IMG/VR virus record: IMGVR_UViG_3300025096_000009
Coordinates: 15,618-79,617 of that record
Direction: 5' to 3' (one strand)
From: a virus
Length of the DNA stretch: 64,000 nt
Below the pieces are notes generated by a model that saw only the letters and a list, made by a program, of their open reading frames with translations, made no database searches and was not told where the DNA came from. Below, in pieces: positions 28,861 to 37,190 of the stretch (position 1 is the stretch's first letter; each line of letters starts with the position of its first letter). A program made the translations under genes and the position numbers.

Positions 28861-29800
28861 GACTTAACCAGAACGCCACCCTTGATGCTGATTGGGTTTT
28901 AGCTGAGTGGAAAGGAGACCCAGGAAAATAAGCTGTTGATTCAGTATTGTTTTTTCTTGTAGCACCTTGCCATAGCCAGCATTCATCGATTTCTTTTATA
29001 TCAACTTGATCCCAGAAAGTTTTTACTTGCCAATACCAAGTTCGAAAATCAAAATTAGTGACATCTATGGAGCACCTTCCTTTTTTTATCTCCTCCATAC
29101 AGTCAAGGCACTCTCCCATGAGCCCAAAATTACCTTTGTGGGTTGATTCTCCTTTTTGATGCCAAGGGCACTCTAATTCTTGTGTCATGTGATAGGCGAG
29201 ATTAAATTTTTTAGCTTCAGTTGGGTAAGCAGTTGTTAGTTTTTCGCATGTTAGAAGCACTCCCTCCCAGATTTCCGTTAGATTATCGGACTTAGGAGCA
29301 TTTGCAACTTCTTCATATGTCTCATTATTACAGAGACGTCTAACAGTATGATAAGGAATTTTATAAACTTTAGATAATTTCAAACTACTTATCCCTTCTT
29401 CACTTTCCACTCTTAATTTAGTTATTAAGTCATTATTTAAACCTATTTCTCTTTTTTGTGCATTTTCATATGCCACATCATTCCTAGTTCCCCAATAGTA
29501 ATGAGATGGGTTTAAACAATACTGAGAGGTACAACAGGCTCTTCGAACAACTATTGAGTTATTTCCTTCACTATATTTTCCCGCCATTGAAAGCAATAGT
29601 GGTCGAGCATCTTTATTTTTATAGCGAAGTATCCTTGTTTTACTAGTTTTAAAACCTTGAAAGACAGCATTAGTATGCTTTTTCATGCACCAGCATTTAT
29701 CTTTTCCTACGCCTTGGAATAAGATTTGAAATGCTTTAGCAAAGGCGATTTGGTCCTCTGGTGTAAGGGAGTCATCTAAAAAAGGAGAAGATTGGCTCAT
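28667..29800 (-). CDS. Tandem HNH-like (Zn-binding loop) plus HTH DNA-binding protein
   Basis: Two CW.....C..xCxNPxH units flanking 'GISSLKLSKVYKIPYHTVRRLC'. Confidence 0.7.
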   Translation of the reverse strand: MSQSSPFLDDSLTPEDQIAFAKAFQILFQGVGKDKCWCMKKHTNAVFQGFKTSKTRILRYKNKDARPLLLSMAGKYSEGNNSIVVRRACCTSQYCLNPSHYYWGTRNDVAYENAQKREIGLNNDLITKLRVESEEGISSLKLSKVYKIPYHTVRRLCNNETYEEVANAPKSDNLTEIWEGVLLTCEKLTTAYPTEAKKFNLAYHMTQELECPWHQKGESTHKGNFGLMGECLDCMEEIKKGRCSIDVTNFDFRTWYWQVKTFWDQVDIKEIDECWLWQGATRKNNTESTAYFPGSPFHSAKTQSASRVAFWLSRGYTGKYRIFSRPTCKAFCCNPTHLTIKELKNYPEPNEIERIRLNHGDIFQHHKDKEAKNSSEK

Positions 29801-30168
29801 GCTGAGTAGGGTGAGGAATAGAGATTAACATAAAAGCCTGTCAGAGACAAGAAAATCATTCAACAGTCAAGTAGGAATTTTTTACCCCTATATTATTTAC
29901 TTCTAAGGATAGTGAGGTTAGGTACATGACTGTCAATATTTATATATACACTCTTATACCTAACCACAACATACACATACTTAAGTGAAACCCCCTTTAT
30001 TTTTTTAAACTTGGGTGTTGATATCAAATCAGTTGTTGTGGAATAAGTTTCGAAGGAAGTGGAGTTGTTTTGTCGAGTTCCCCTACCCTGTTTTTAGGGT
30101 ATTTTTAGCCTATTTTTAAATATCTGTACTTTGGGTTAGGTATTTGACTGTTAAATTTTGATTGAAAG
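29801..30168. other. Longest non-coding stretch noticed; candidate replication origin or packaging site
   Basis: AT-rich with GGTTAGGTA direct (29916, 30134) and inverted (29957) copies. Confidence 0.4.
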
Positions 30169-30369
30169 TTATATTACACTCAGGACCCTAACCTCAACAT
30201 GCTTTGAGAATTCTTCGAAGGTATCAGCAAATATAGTGGCTTCATCTTCGGTTTTTGCATAGCGGCACATTCCGCCTCCGTTAGAGCAGACTAAATGTCT
30301 TTTATGTCCTCTATTTTCAAAGACTTCTATTGTTGTTCCGTGCGGTAAGATTGTCATCTTATCTACCAT
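30169..30369 (-). CDS. Hypothetical protein
   Basis: ORF with 'VCS..GGMCRY'. Confidence 0.5.
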   Translation of the reverse strand: MVDKMTILPHGTTIEVFENRGHKRHLVCSNGGGMCRYAKTEDEATIFADTFEEFSKHVEVRVLSVI

Positions 30370-30418
30370 TTCCCGATGATAATATTATAAGAGAAACCTT
30401 ACGAATTATTGAGTAGAC

Positions 30419-31318
30419 ATGTCAGTATATGATAAATATCAAAAAGCCTGGGGTATTGAAAGCGGTTTACAAGCTGGTAAATCTTTTTTAAATAAATTTG
30501 TTCCTCGTGTTTTAGGTAACCCTGCTGTTAGAGGTGTTTTAAATAATCCAGTTGTAAGAGTAGGTGGTGGGGCTGCTTCAAAATTATTTAGTCTTCCTGC
30601 TCAATTGTTTATTCATGAAGTAGCTAAGCCTAATCCTTGGGGTGATAAGAATTCTCCAATGTATGGCAAAGGACCAGGGAGTTTGGAATATGCAGCAGCT
30701 ATAGAGAGGGCAAATGCAGCTGGTAGGAATAACCCTATTGAAGAAGATTATCTTATAACTCCCCCAGTAGAGGGATCAACGTCTGGGCCTAAAATATCTA
30801 ACATTGGTGAAACACCTAAAGAGTTTCAAGTAGGTGGTAAGTATGGTCCTAGTGAAGAGGCTTTAATAGATATTGCGGATGATGCAACTCTTTATAATGC
30901 GAAGGGTGACTATACAGGCGGTGTTTTACCAGAAGGAGATGGTATAGATCATCGTGCTACTTGGCTACACAATAGTCGTAATAGTCCGGCTGCTAAAGCG
31001 GGTCTTTCAGAAGATGCTAGATGGGGAACATATCTAGGGAATCAGGCATGGAGAAAAGATCAAGGTAGAAGCTATGACACATCTATAGATCATTTATTAA
31101 AGCCTTCTTCTGAGAATAAGAGACATTGGGATGTATTTGGTAATAAAGTTGTAATGGATGATAATCAGTCTGCTGTATCCCAGAAGGTAGATGCTTTTTT
31201 AGATACTGTTCCTGCAGAGGTTATTGAAGCAAATATAGCTAAGAATGATGCGGATAAAGCTAAGGTTAATAGTGGTGCGATGACTGCTGCGGAATACTTC
31301 GGAACTAATATAAGATAG
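30419..31318 (+). CDS. Low-complexity protein (candidate internal virion protein)
   Basis: G/A-rich; AGKSFLNKF and KVDAFLDTV motifs. Confidence 0.55.
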   Translation: MSVYDKYQKAWGIESGLQAGKSFLNKFVPRVLGNPAVRGVLNNPVVRVGGGAASKLFSLPAQLFIHEVAKPNPWGDKNSPMYGKGPGSLEYAAAIERANAAGRNNPIEEDYLITPPVEGSTSGPKISNIGETPKEFQVGGKYGPSEEALIDIADDATLYNAKGDYTGGVLPEGDGIDHRATWLHNSRNSPAAKAGLSEDARWGTYLGNQAWRKDQGRSYDTSIDHLLKPSSENKRHWDVFGNKVVMDDNQSAVSQKVDAFLDTVPAEVIEANIAKNDADKAKVNSGAMTAAEYFGTNIR

Positions 31319-31356
31319 TTATAGCCTTATAATTAGTATAAATAGTTAATAAAGTA

Positions 31357-31578
31357 ATGAACGGCGCAGGATTTGATCCATCTGGTTTTGACATGACTGA
31401 TATTGGTGATCCTCGGCGCCAATCGAAGTTACCTGGTGGGTATGCAACTCAGGGACAAGCAGTTAGTGCACCTTATGCGGATGCAAATAAGGCAGCAGCT
31501 GCAAAAACTAATCCTATGAATGCTGCTTCCCAAGGGATAGGCGATAGGGTTGATCATTTTCTTAGTCAATTGGGCTAA
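31357..31578 (+). CDS. Small disordered protein
   Basis: Ends GDRVDHFLSQLG; TATAAT upstream. Confidence 0.55.
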   Translation: MNGAGFDPSGFDMTDIGDPRRQSKLPGGYATQGQAVSAPYADANKAAAAKTNPMNAASQGIGDRVDHFLSQLG

Positions 31579-31805
31579 TGGGCGATAATGATTTCCCAGC
31601 AGTAATGGCCAACGGTGGTTGGGATGAAGCCAAAGATAAGGCATCTAAATGGAAGTCATATAGAAGTGGTTCATCTTCATATAGTCAATCTGGTACAGAT
31701 ATTCCTACTGGAGGCATGTATTCGAGGGGTGAAGCTACTGATGGATCCGACATAGCACCATATGGATATGAGGAATTTGGAGTTACTCCTAGTTTGTTAG
31801 GGTAA
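31578..31805 (+). CDS. Small G/S/Y-rich protein
   Basis: TAATG overlap with the previous gene. Confidence 0.55.
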   Translation: MGDNDFPAVMANGGWDEAKDKASKWKSYRSGSSSYSQSGTDIPTGGMYSRGEATDGSDIAPYGYEEFGVTPSLLG

Positions 31806-31861
31806 GTAGTAGGTTTTCTAAGCGTAAAATTAGATATATAGACTAAAGATTAGGCTGGTAG

Positions 31862-34027
31862 ATGTCACAAACAAAAGCACAATTACTTGACAATATCAAG
31901 GACAATGTTCAGCTAGATGCACGAAACTCTTTACGGTTCGCTGATACTGACTCAAGTCATTACGTAGCTTTCAAGGCTCCAGCTACAGTTTCGAGTAATG
32001 TTACTTGGACTTTACCTGCAGCAGATGGCAGTGCAAATTACGTATTAGCTACGGATGGTAGTGGAACTTTAAGTTGGATTGCTGATCCAGCTGGGCAATG
32101 GGTTACTAGTGGAAGCAATATTTATTTCACCGGAGGCAATGTAGGAATAGGAGATAGTTCGCCAAGTAATCCTCTATCCGTGACAGGTGTTGCAGCTTTT
32201 AATGGAGATGTAACTTTTACTGGTGCGAGTTATAACGCTCTTTGGGATAAATCGGATAACGCTCTTGAGTTTGCGGATAATGTGAAAGTGATTTTGGGGA
32301 GTGGAGACGACACACATCTTTACCACAACGGTAGCCATACTTATATTTCACATAGAGGTACAGGTGATTTAATTCTTGAACCTAAAGAAGGTGAAAATGG
32401 TGTAGTTTTAAAAGCTGACGGAGCCGTAGAACTCTATTACGATAATTCTCGAATGTTACGCACCACTGCAACAGGGGGCATTCTTTCGGGTAACTGGTCT
32501 CTAACAGATGACAATAAAATGATGTTCGGGACAGGGGATGATTTATATGTTTATCATGATGGATCTACAAATATAATTGATGGTCGATATCATCCTATTG
32601 AACTAAGACATCAATCAGAAGTACATATCAAATGTGTAGATGATGGAGCCGTAGAACTCTATTACGATAACAGTAAGAAATTTGAAACTGATTCAAATGG
32701 TATCTGGGTTAGCGGAGCGTTACGTGGTGAGTCTGTTGACTTAGCAGATGACAAGAAAATTCTATTAGGTTCTGGAGATGATCTTGAAATCTATCATAGT
32801 GGTAATCAGAACCTTATTAAATCTACTAATGGAAGGATTAATTTATTAGCTGCTGAAACTCGTATGGAGTCAGCTAGTGGTTCTGAAGTTCTAGCAAAGT
32901 TTATTGAAAACGGAGCCGTAGAACTCTTTCATGACAATGTAAAGAAATTAGAGACAGCGAGTACTGGTATAGAAGTAAACGGTGGAAAAATAGAACTTAA
33001 AGGTGCTGAAGGTGGAGAAGCTCAACTACAATTAAAAGCTGACGAAGGTGATGATAATGATGATTCTTGGCGAATTGTAGCAAATACAGATAATAATTTA
33101 ATTCTTGGCAACTTAGCTTCTGGTACTTGGGAAAATTCTATAAAAGCTATTGGTAATGGAGCCGTAGAACTCTATTACGACAACTCAAAGAAATTAGAGA
33201 CAGATTCAAGCGGAGTTTCCGTTTGGGGCAACTTAATGCTTGAGAGTGATGATGATATTCTTTATATTGGTCATGGTTCAGATATAAGGATCTGGCATGA
33301 TGGGGCTAACTCTCACTTTCGTAGTTATACAGGTGAATTGAGAATAGAACCTGATAATGGGCAAACTTTAAGTATTAATAATCAAGCTAATACTGTAGAT
33401 TCAGCTAAATTTATTATCGGTGGATCCGTAGAACTCTATTACGACAACTCAAAGAAATTAGAGACAGATAGTTTTGGGACCTCTATTCAAGGTGATTGTT
33501 TAAAAGTTCCTGATGGTACAGCTGGTAGTCCTGGCTTTACTTGGAATAATGAGGGTAATGCTGATACAGGTATTTTCCGTCCAGGTGCTAATATTATCGC
33601 GTTTAGTAACGCTGGTACTGAAAATTTCCGTATTGCAGCTAACGGTGATCTAACAGCTACTGATACTACTATTGGGTCTAATTCTGACCAAAGATTGAAA
33701 ACTAATATTAATGATTTTACCTATGATTTAGCTAAATTTAAGCAATTTAAACCTAAAACATTTGATTGGAAAAATCCTGGTGAACATGGAAACAAAACAG
33801 GTCAGAGAGGATTCTTAGCACAAGATGTTGAATCTATTGATAACTATTTAGTTGGAGAATGTTTCATACATGATGATGATCCAGATCGCTCATTAGTAGA
33901 TTCAGATGGAAAATTTAAAACATCTAAATTAGGTAAGAATGATGCTATGTATATTTCAGTTATAAATCAATTGATAACAAAAATAGAAACCTTAGAAACA
34001 AAAGTAGCTGCGTTAGAAAGTGCATAA
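31862..34027 (+). CDS. Tail fibre with C-terminal intramolecular chaperone (peptidase S74-like)
   Basis: Five GxVELxxDN repeats; NSDQRLKTNI...KPKTFDWK...GFLAQDV; terminal coiled coil. Confidence 0.85.
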   Translation: MSQTKAQLLDNIKDNVQLDARNSLRFADTDSSHYVAFKAPATVSSNVTWTLPAADGSANYVLATDGSGTLSWIADPAGQWVTSGSNIYFTGGNVGIGDSSPSNPLSVTGVAAFNGDVTFTGASYNALWDKSDNALEFADNVKVILGSGDDTHLYHNGSHTYISHRGTGDLILEPKEGENGVVLKADGAVELYYDNSRMLRTTATGGILSGNWSLTDDNKMMFGTGDDLYVYHDGSTNIIDGRYHPIELRHQSEVHIKCVDDGAVELYYDNSKKFETDSNGIWVSGALRGESVDLADDKKILLGSGDDLEIYHSGNQNLIKSTNGRINLLAAETRMESASGSEVLAKFIENGAVELFHDNVKKLETASTGIEVNGGKIELKGAEGGEAQLQLKADEGDDNDDSWRIVANTDNNLILGNLASGTWENSIKAIGNGAVELYYDNSKKLETDSSGVSVWGNLMLESDDDILYIGHGSDIRIWHDGANSHFRSYTGELRIEPDNGQTLSINNQANTVDSAKFIIGGSVELYYDNSKKLETDSFGTSIQGDCLKVPDGTAGSPGFTWNNEGNADTGIFRPGANIIAFSNAGTENFRIAANGDLTATDTTIGSNSDQRLKTNINDFTYDLAKFKQFKPKTFDWKNPGEHGNKTGQRGFLAQDVESIDNYLVGECFIHDDDPDRSLVDSDGKFKTSKLGKNDAMYISVINQLITKIETLETKVAALESA

Positions 34028-34094
34028 AAGTTGACGGGTTAGAAAGTGCATAAAAGTTGACGGGTTAGAAAGTGCATAAAAGTTGACGGGTTAG
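34012..34094 (+). repeat. 26-bp tandem repeat x3.2
   Basis: GTTAGAAAGTGCATAAAAGTTGACGG at 34012, 34038 and 34064, plus partial GTTAG. Confidence 0.95.
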
Positions 34095-34155
34095 TGATCT
34101 TACAATGAATAGAAAGCTCTGCAAAGGGTAAGTATCATTTTTGTTTGATATCTAA

Positions 34156-35775
34156 ATGGCATACATTGGTAGACAACTTGTACGAGGTCAGAATCGTGTT
34201 CTTGATGACATCTCAAGTAGTTTTAATGGCAGTACGACTGCTTTCAACTTAACGGTTTCGAGTTCATCGTCTCCTCCAGCGAGTGTTAATCAACTCTGGA
34301 TAATTCTCGGTGGTGTTATACAGAAGCCAGGGACTGACTTTACGGTTGCCGATGCTGTTATTACATTTACGACTGCTCCAGCTTCTACTTTAAGTTTCTG
34401 GGGGATGATTCAAGGTGATACTTCAGACATTAACTCACCAGCTGATGCTTCAGTCACGCCTTCTAAGATTGCTAATAGTGGGGATTTTGCTTTTCCGGCT
34501 GACGTTAGATTTAAAGATGCAGATGCCTCACATTATGTAGGTTTACAAGCACCATCTACTGTAAGTAGTAATTTAGTTTGGACATTACCTGCGGCGGATG
34601 GCTCGGCTAATCAAGTACTTAAAACAGATGGATCAGGGGCATTAGGGTGGGCTTCTGATGCTAATGCACCGGAAGGTACAGCTGTATTGTCTACTGGTGA
34701 AACTGGAACGACTAAATATTTAAGAGTAGATGGAGATAATACTTGTTCTTGGCAACTCGCAGTCGATGCAACAAAGATGCCTCTTGCTGGTGGTACGTTC
34801 ACAGGAGATGTCACATTTACAGGTGATAGCAGTAATGGGTTATGGGATAAGTCAGCGAATGCGTTTGTTGCAAACTTAACTGGTACGGCCTCTGGAAATG
34901 CTGTTCTAACAGGTTCGACTAATAATACCATTACTACGGTTACCGGAGCCGATGCAATTCAAGGAGAGGCCAATCTTACTTTTGATGGTAATAATTTAAC
35001 TCAAACTATTGATGCAGATGGTGAAGGAATTGTTATTACAGGAGGATCATCAAATATTAAGGCGATGCTTACTGGTAATACAAATAGATCCTCCGCTAAT
35101 AACACTATATTTGGAGTAAGTGGAAAATGGAATAGTACCGAAGTAGGTAGGATTGCTTTTGAGGCTGGTGCTGATACAACCAATAAAGATGATGGACATA
35201 TAAATTTTTATACAACTCCTTCTGGTGGAAGTCTTACATCAAGATTTGATATACAAGCTGATGGTAATGTAAAAATAGCTGACGGTGATCTAGTAATAGG
35301 AACGTCTGGTCACGGTATTGACTTTAGTGCTAACTCTCACGCTGGAGGTATGACAAGTGAGACGTTGGACGCGTATGAAGAAGGAACATTTACACCTACA
35401 TACGTATTTCATAGTAGTACAGGAACATTTGGGTATAGTACTCAGACTGGTACATACACCAAAATAGGTAATAGGGTTTTCTTTTCAGTAGTTATCATTG
35501 CAAGTTCACATAGTGGTACAAGTACTGGAAACCTTATGTTAGCTGGTTTACCTTATGCAGTACCTTCGACAACACCTATTCCCGGTAGTTGTTTCTTTAT
35601 TATTGGTGGTAATTTTACTACAGATTATGGTGTTGCTCTACAAACAAATCAAAGTGAGAGAATAGAATTCTATAGACAAGTACAAAGCACAGGTGCTAAT
35701 TATTCTCCTGTAGACGCTTCTGAGGTAAGTTTAGGTAGTTTATATATAAAATGCCAAGGACAATATCTAACCTAA
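34156..35775 (+). CDS. Tail fibre (cyanophage type)
   Basis: DDISSSFNG N-terminus, TLPAADG linker, GTSGHGIDFSA..DAYEEGTFTP..YTKIGNRV tip. Confidence 0.85.
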   Translation: MAYIGRQLVRGQNRVLDDISSSFNGSTTAFNLTVSSSSSPPASVNQLWIILGGVIQKPGTDFTVADAVITFTTAPASTLSFWGMIQGDTSDINSPADASVTPSKIANSGDFAFPADVRFKDADASHYVGLQAPSTVSSNLVWTLPAADGSANQVLKTDGSGALGWASDANAPEGTAVLSTGETGTTKYLRVDGDNTCSWQLAVDATKMPLAGGTFTGDVTFTGDSSNGLWDKSANAFVANLTGTASGNAVLTGSTNNTITTVTGADAIQGEANLTFDGNNLTQTIDADGEGIVITGGSSNIKAMLTGNTNRSSANNTIFGVSGKWNSTEVGRIAFEAGADTTNKDDGHINFYTTPSGGSLTSRFDIQADGNVKIADGDLVIGTSGHGIDFSANSHAGGMTSETLDAYEEGTFTPTYVFHSSTGTFGYSTQTGTYTKIGNRVFFSVVIIASSHSGTSTGNLMLAGLPYAVPSTTPIPGSCFFIIGGNFTTDYGVALQTNQSERIEFYRQVQSTGANYSPVDASEVSLGSLYIKCQGQYLT

Positions 35776-35842
35776 CATCTTAGACCGTCGCTAAGTCTCT
35801 AAACTAAGCCATAAACCTGTTTCGTTCGGAGAACGTCCCTAA

Positions 35843-36142
35843 ATGGCAATCACAAAAACAACTGAAAACGACAAAATAGAGGTCGTTTCAAAATGGAACA
35901 TACAAGTTAGAACTGCAACCGTTATCAAAGAAGATGGCACAGAACTGACTCGTTCATTCCATAGAAAGGTACTTACACCTGGAACACTTAAAGGTGGTTC
36001 AGGATCTGATAAAGATGATCTAGTAGCTACTGATCTATCTGGAGAAGATGCAGATGTTCAGGCAATCTGTAATGCAGCTTGGACTAGTCAAGTGAAGACA
36101 GATTTTACTGCCTTCCTTGTAGCCAATAAAGCTGCTGAATAG
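35843..36142 (+). CDS. Tail-fibre-associated small protein
   Basis: MAITKTTENDKIEVV..IQVRTATVIKEDG.ELTRSFHR..VQAICNAAWT. Confidence 0.7.
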   Translation: MAITKTTENDKIEVVSKWNIQVRTATVIKEDGTELTRSFHRKVLTPGTLKGGSGSDKDDLVATDLSGEDADVQAICNAAWTSQVKTDFTAFLVANKAAE

Positions 36143-36143
36143 A

Positions 36144-36335
36144 TTACCAGATTCCTGGAATAATTTGCCCTGTGAAGGCATAGGTTCCTAGAGCTGCAAA
36201 AATACCAATCATTGCCCAACGGCCATTAGCCTTTTCTGCTGCTTCAATGTAGGAGGATTCTCCTTCCATTACAGCGATTTGAGGCTCTTTGCCGAATATA
36301 TTCTGGCGTCCACCAGATTCATTAGTAACTGTCAT
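36144..36335 (-). CDS. hli: High-light-inducible protein
   Basis: AEKANGRWAMIG...YAFTGQIIPGIW (ExxNGRxAMxG, TGQIIPG). Confidence 0.95.
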   Translation of the reverse strand: MTVTNESGGRQNIFGKEPQIAVMEGESSYIEAAEKANGRWAMIGIFAALGTYAFTGQIIPGIW

Positions 36336-36404
36336 TTGTAGTAGAGAAATTGACTCTTCTATATTACATGAAGTTTTGTTAAGTTTGAGTATAAATACCT
36401 ATTA

Positions 36405-36689
36405 CTATATCTTATAAAATGTATATTTCAAAAATAACTCTTCGCCTTTTTTTATAGTTTTGATAGTTCTTATAAAGTAGAAATCATCCTCACAATATTT
36501 CAGGCAATTAGGTTCATCAGAATGATTTATAAATCCACCTAAAGGTGTTCTATATATCAGCTCATCTATGACGATATGAGACATACCTAAGTAGGTTCCG
36601 GAAGGGATCTCCTCCTTAGCGAAAAGACCTTGACCTGCTATGGGGCTGTCTTGTATATGTAGACTTTCTGGTAGTGCTTGATAGCTCAT
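36405..36689 (-). CDS. Minimal SET-domain protein
   Basis: SPIAGQGLFAK..I..G; GGFINHSDEPNC; IKKGEELFLKY. Confidence 0.9.
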   Translation of the reverse strand: MSYQALPESLHIQDSPIAGQGLFAKEEIPSGTYLGMSHIVIDELIYRTPLGGFINHSDEPNCLKYCEDDFYFIRTIKTIKKGEELFLKYTFYKI

Positions 36690-36720
36690 AAAAATACCCT
36701 ACTAAAGAAGATTAGCAGGG
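36690..36720 (-). terminator. Intrinsic terminator after the beta-barrel gene
   Basis: Minus strand CCCTGCTAA-TCTTCT-TTAGTAGGG then TATTTT. Confidence 0.55.
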
Positions 36721-36744
36721 CACCTTTTGTTTTTTAAAGTTTGA

Positions 36745-37131
36745 TTAGAACTTATATTTGGCTCCTAACTTAGTTCCCCAAGAAGAGTCATCTGAAGTGT
36801 CTGAATCAGCAGTTAGTAGTGATACTTCACCGTAGAAGTTTAGCTTTTCAGTAGCGTCAACATTGGCGCCAACCTTACCAGAGAATCTCCAGTCGCTATC
36901 AACACCATCAGCAGCAACGATTGCTGGACCACCTTGAACATAATATCCAAAACCTTCATTACCACCTTCATACCCTACGTGCAGGTCGGTAGTTGTGTTT
37001 GTATAATTGCTCCCACTATATGAGGAGTTGGCTTCAGTATTAACATAAAGTCCACCAGCAAAAGCAGCAGGGGCAGCTATAGAAGCAGCAGCTGCAAGCA
37101 TTAAAGGTTTAATCATTGTTTTTTTGATCAA
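36745..37131 (-). CDS. Small outer-membrane beta-barrel protein
   Basis: Signal peptide (AAFA), alternating beta strands, C-terminal GAKYKF beta-signal. Confidence 0.75.
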   Translation of the reverse strand: MIKKTMIKPLMLAAAASIAAPAAFAGGLYVNTEANSSYSGSNYTNTTTDLHVGYEGGNEGFGYYVQGGPAIVAADGVDSDWRFSGKVGANVDATEKLNFYGEVSLLTADSDTSDDSSWGTKLGAKYKF

Positions 37132-37190
37132 AAAATTTTAAGATACTGCTACGCTAACATCCCAAAACCCAGATGTAGGAAGGGTTTTGC

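Noticed and set aside
34012-34094. Mini CRISPR array
   Set aside because: The repeats are contiguous with no spacers, and no cas genes are present
13827-35775. Diversity-generating retroelement or invertible shufflon acting on the fibres
   Set aside because: No reverse transcriptase or invertase in the window, no TR/VR pair differing only at adenines, and the repeats are direct
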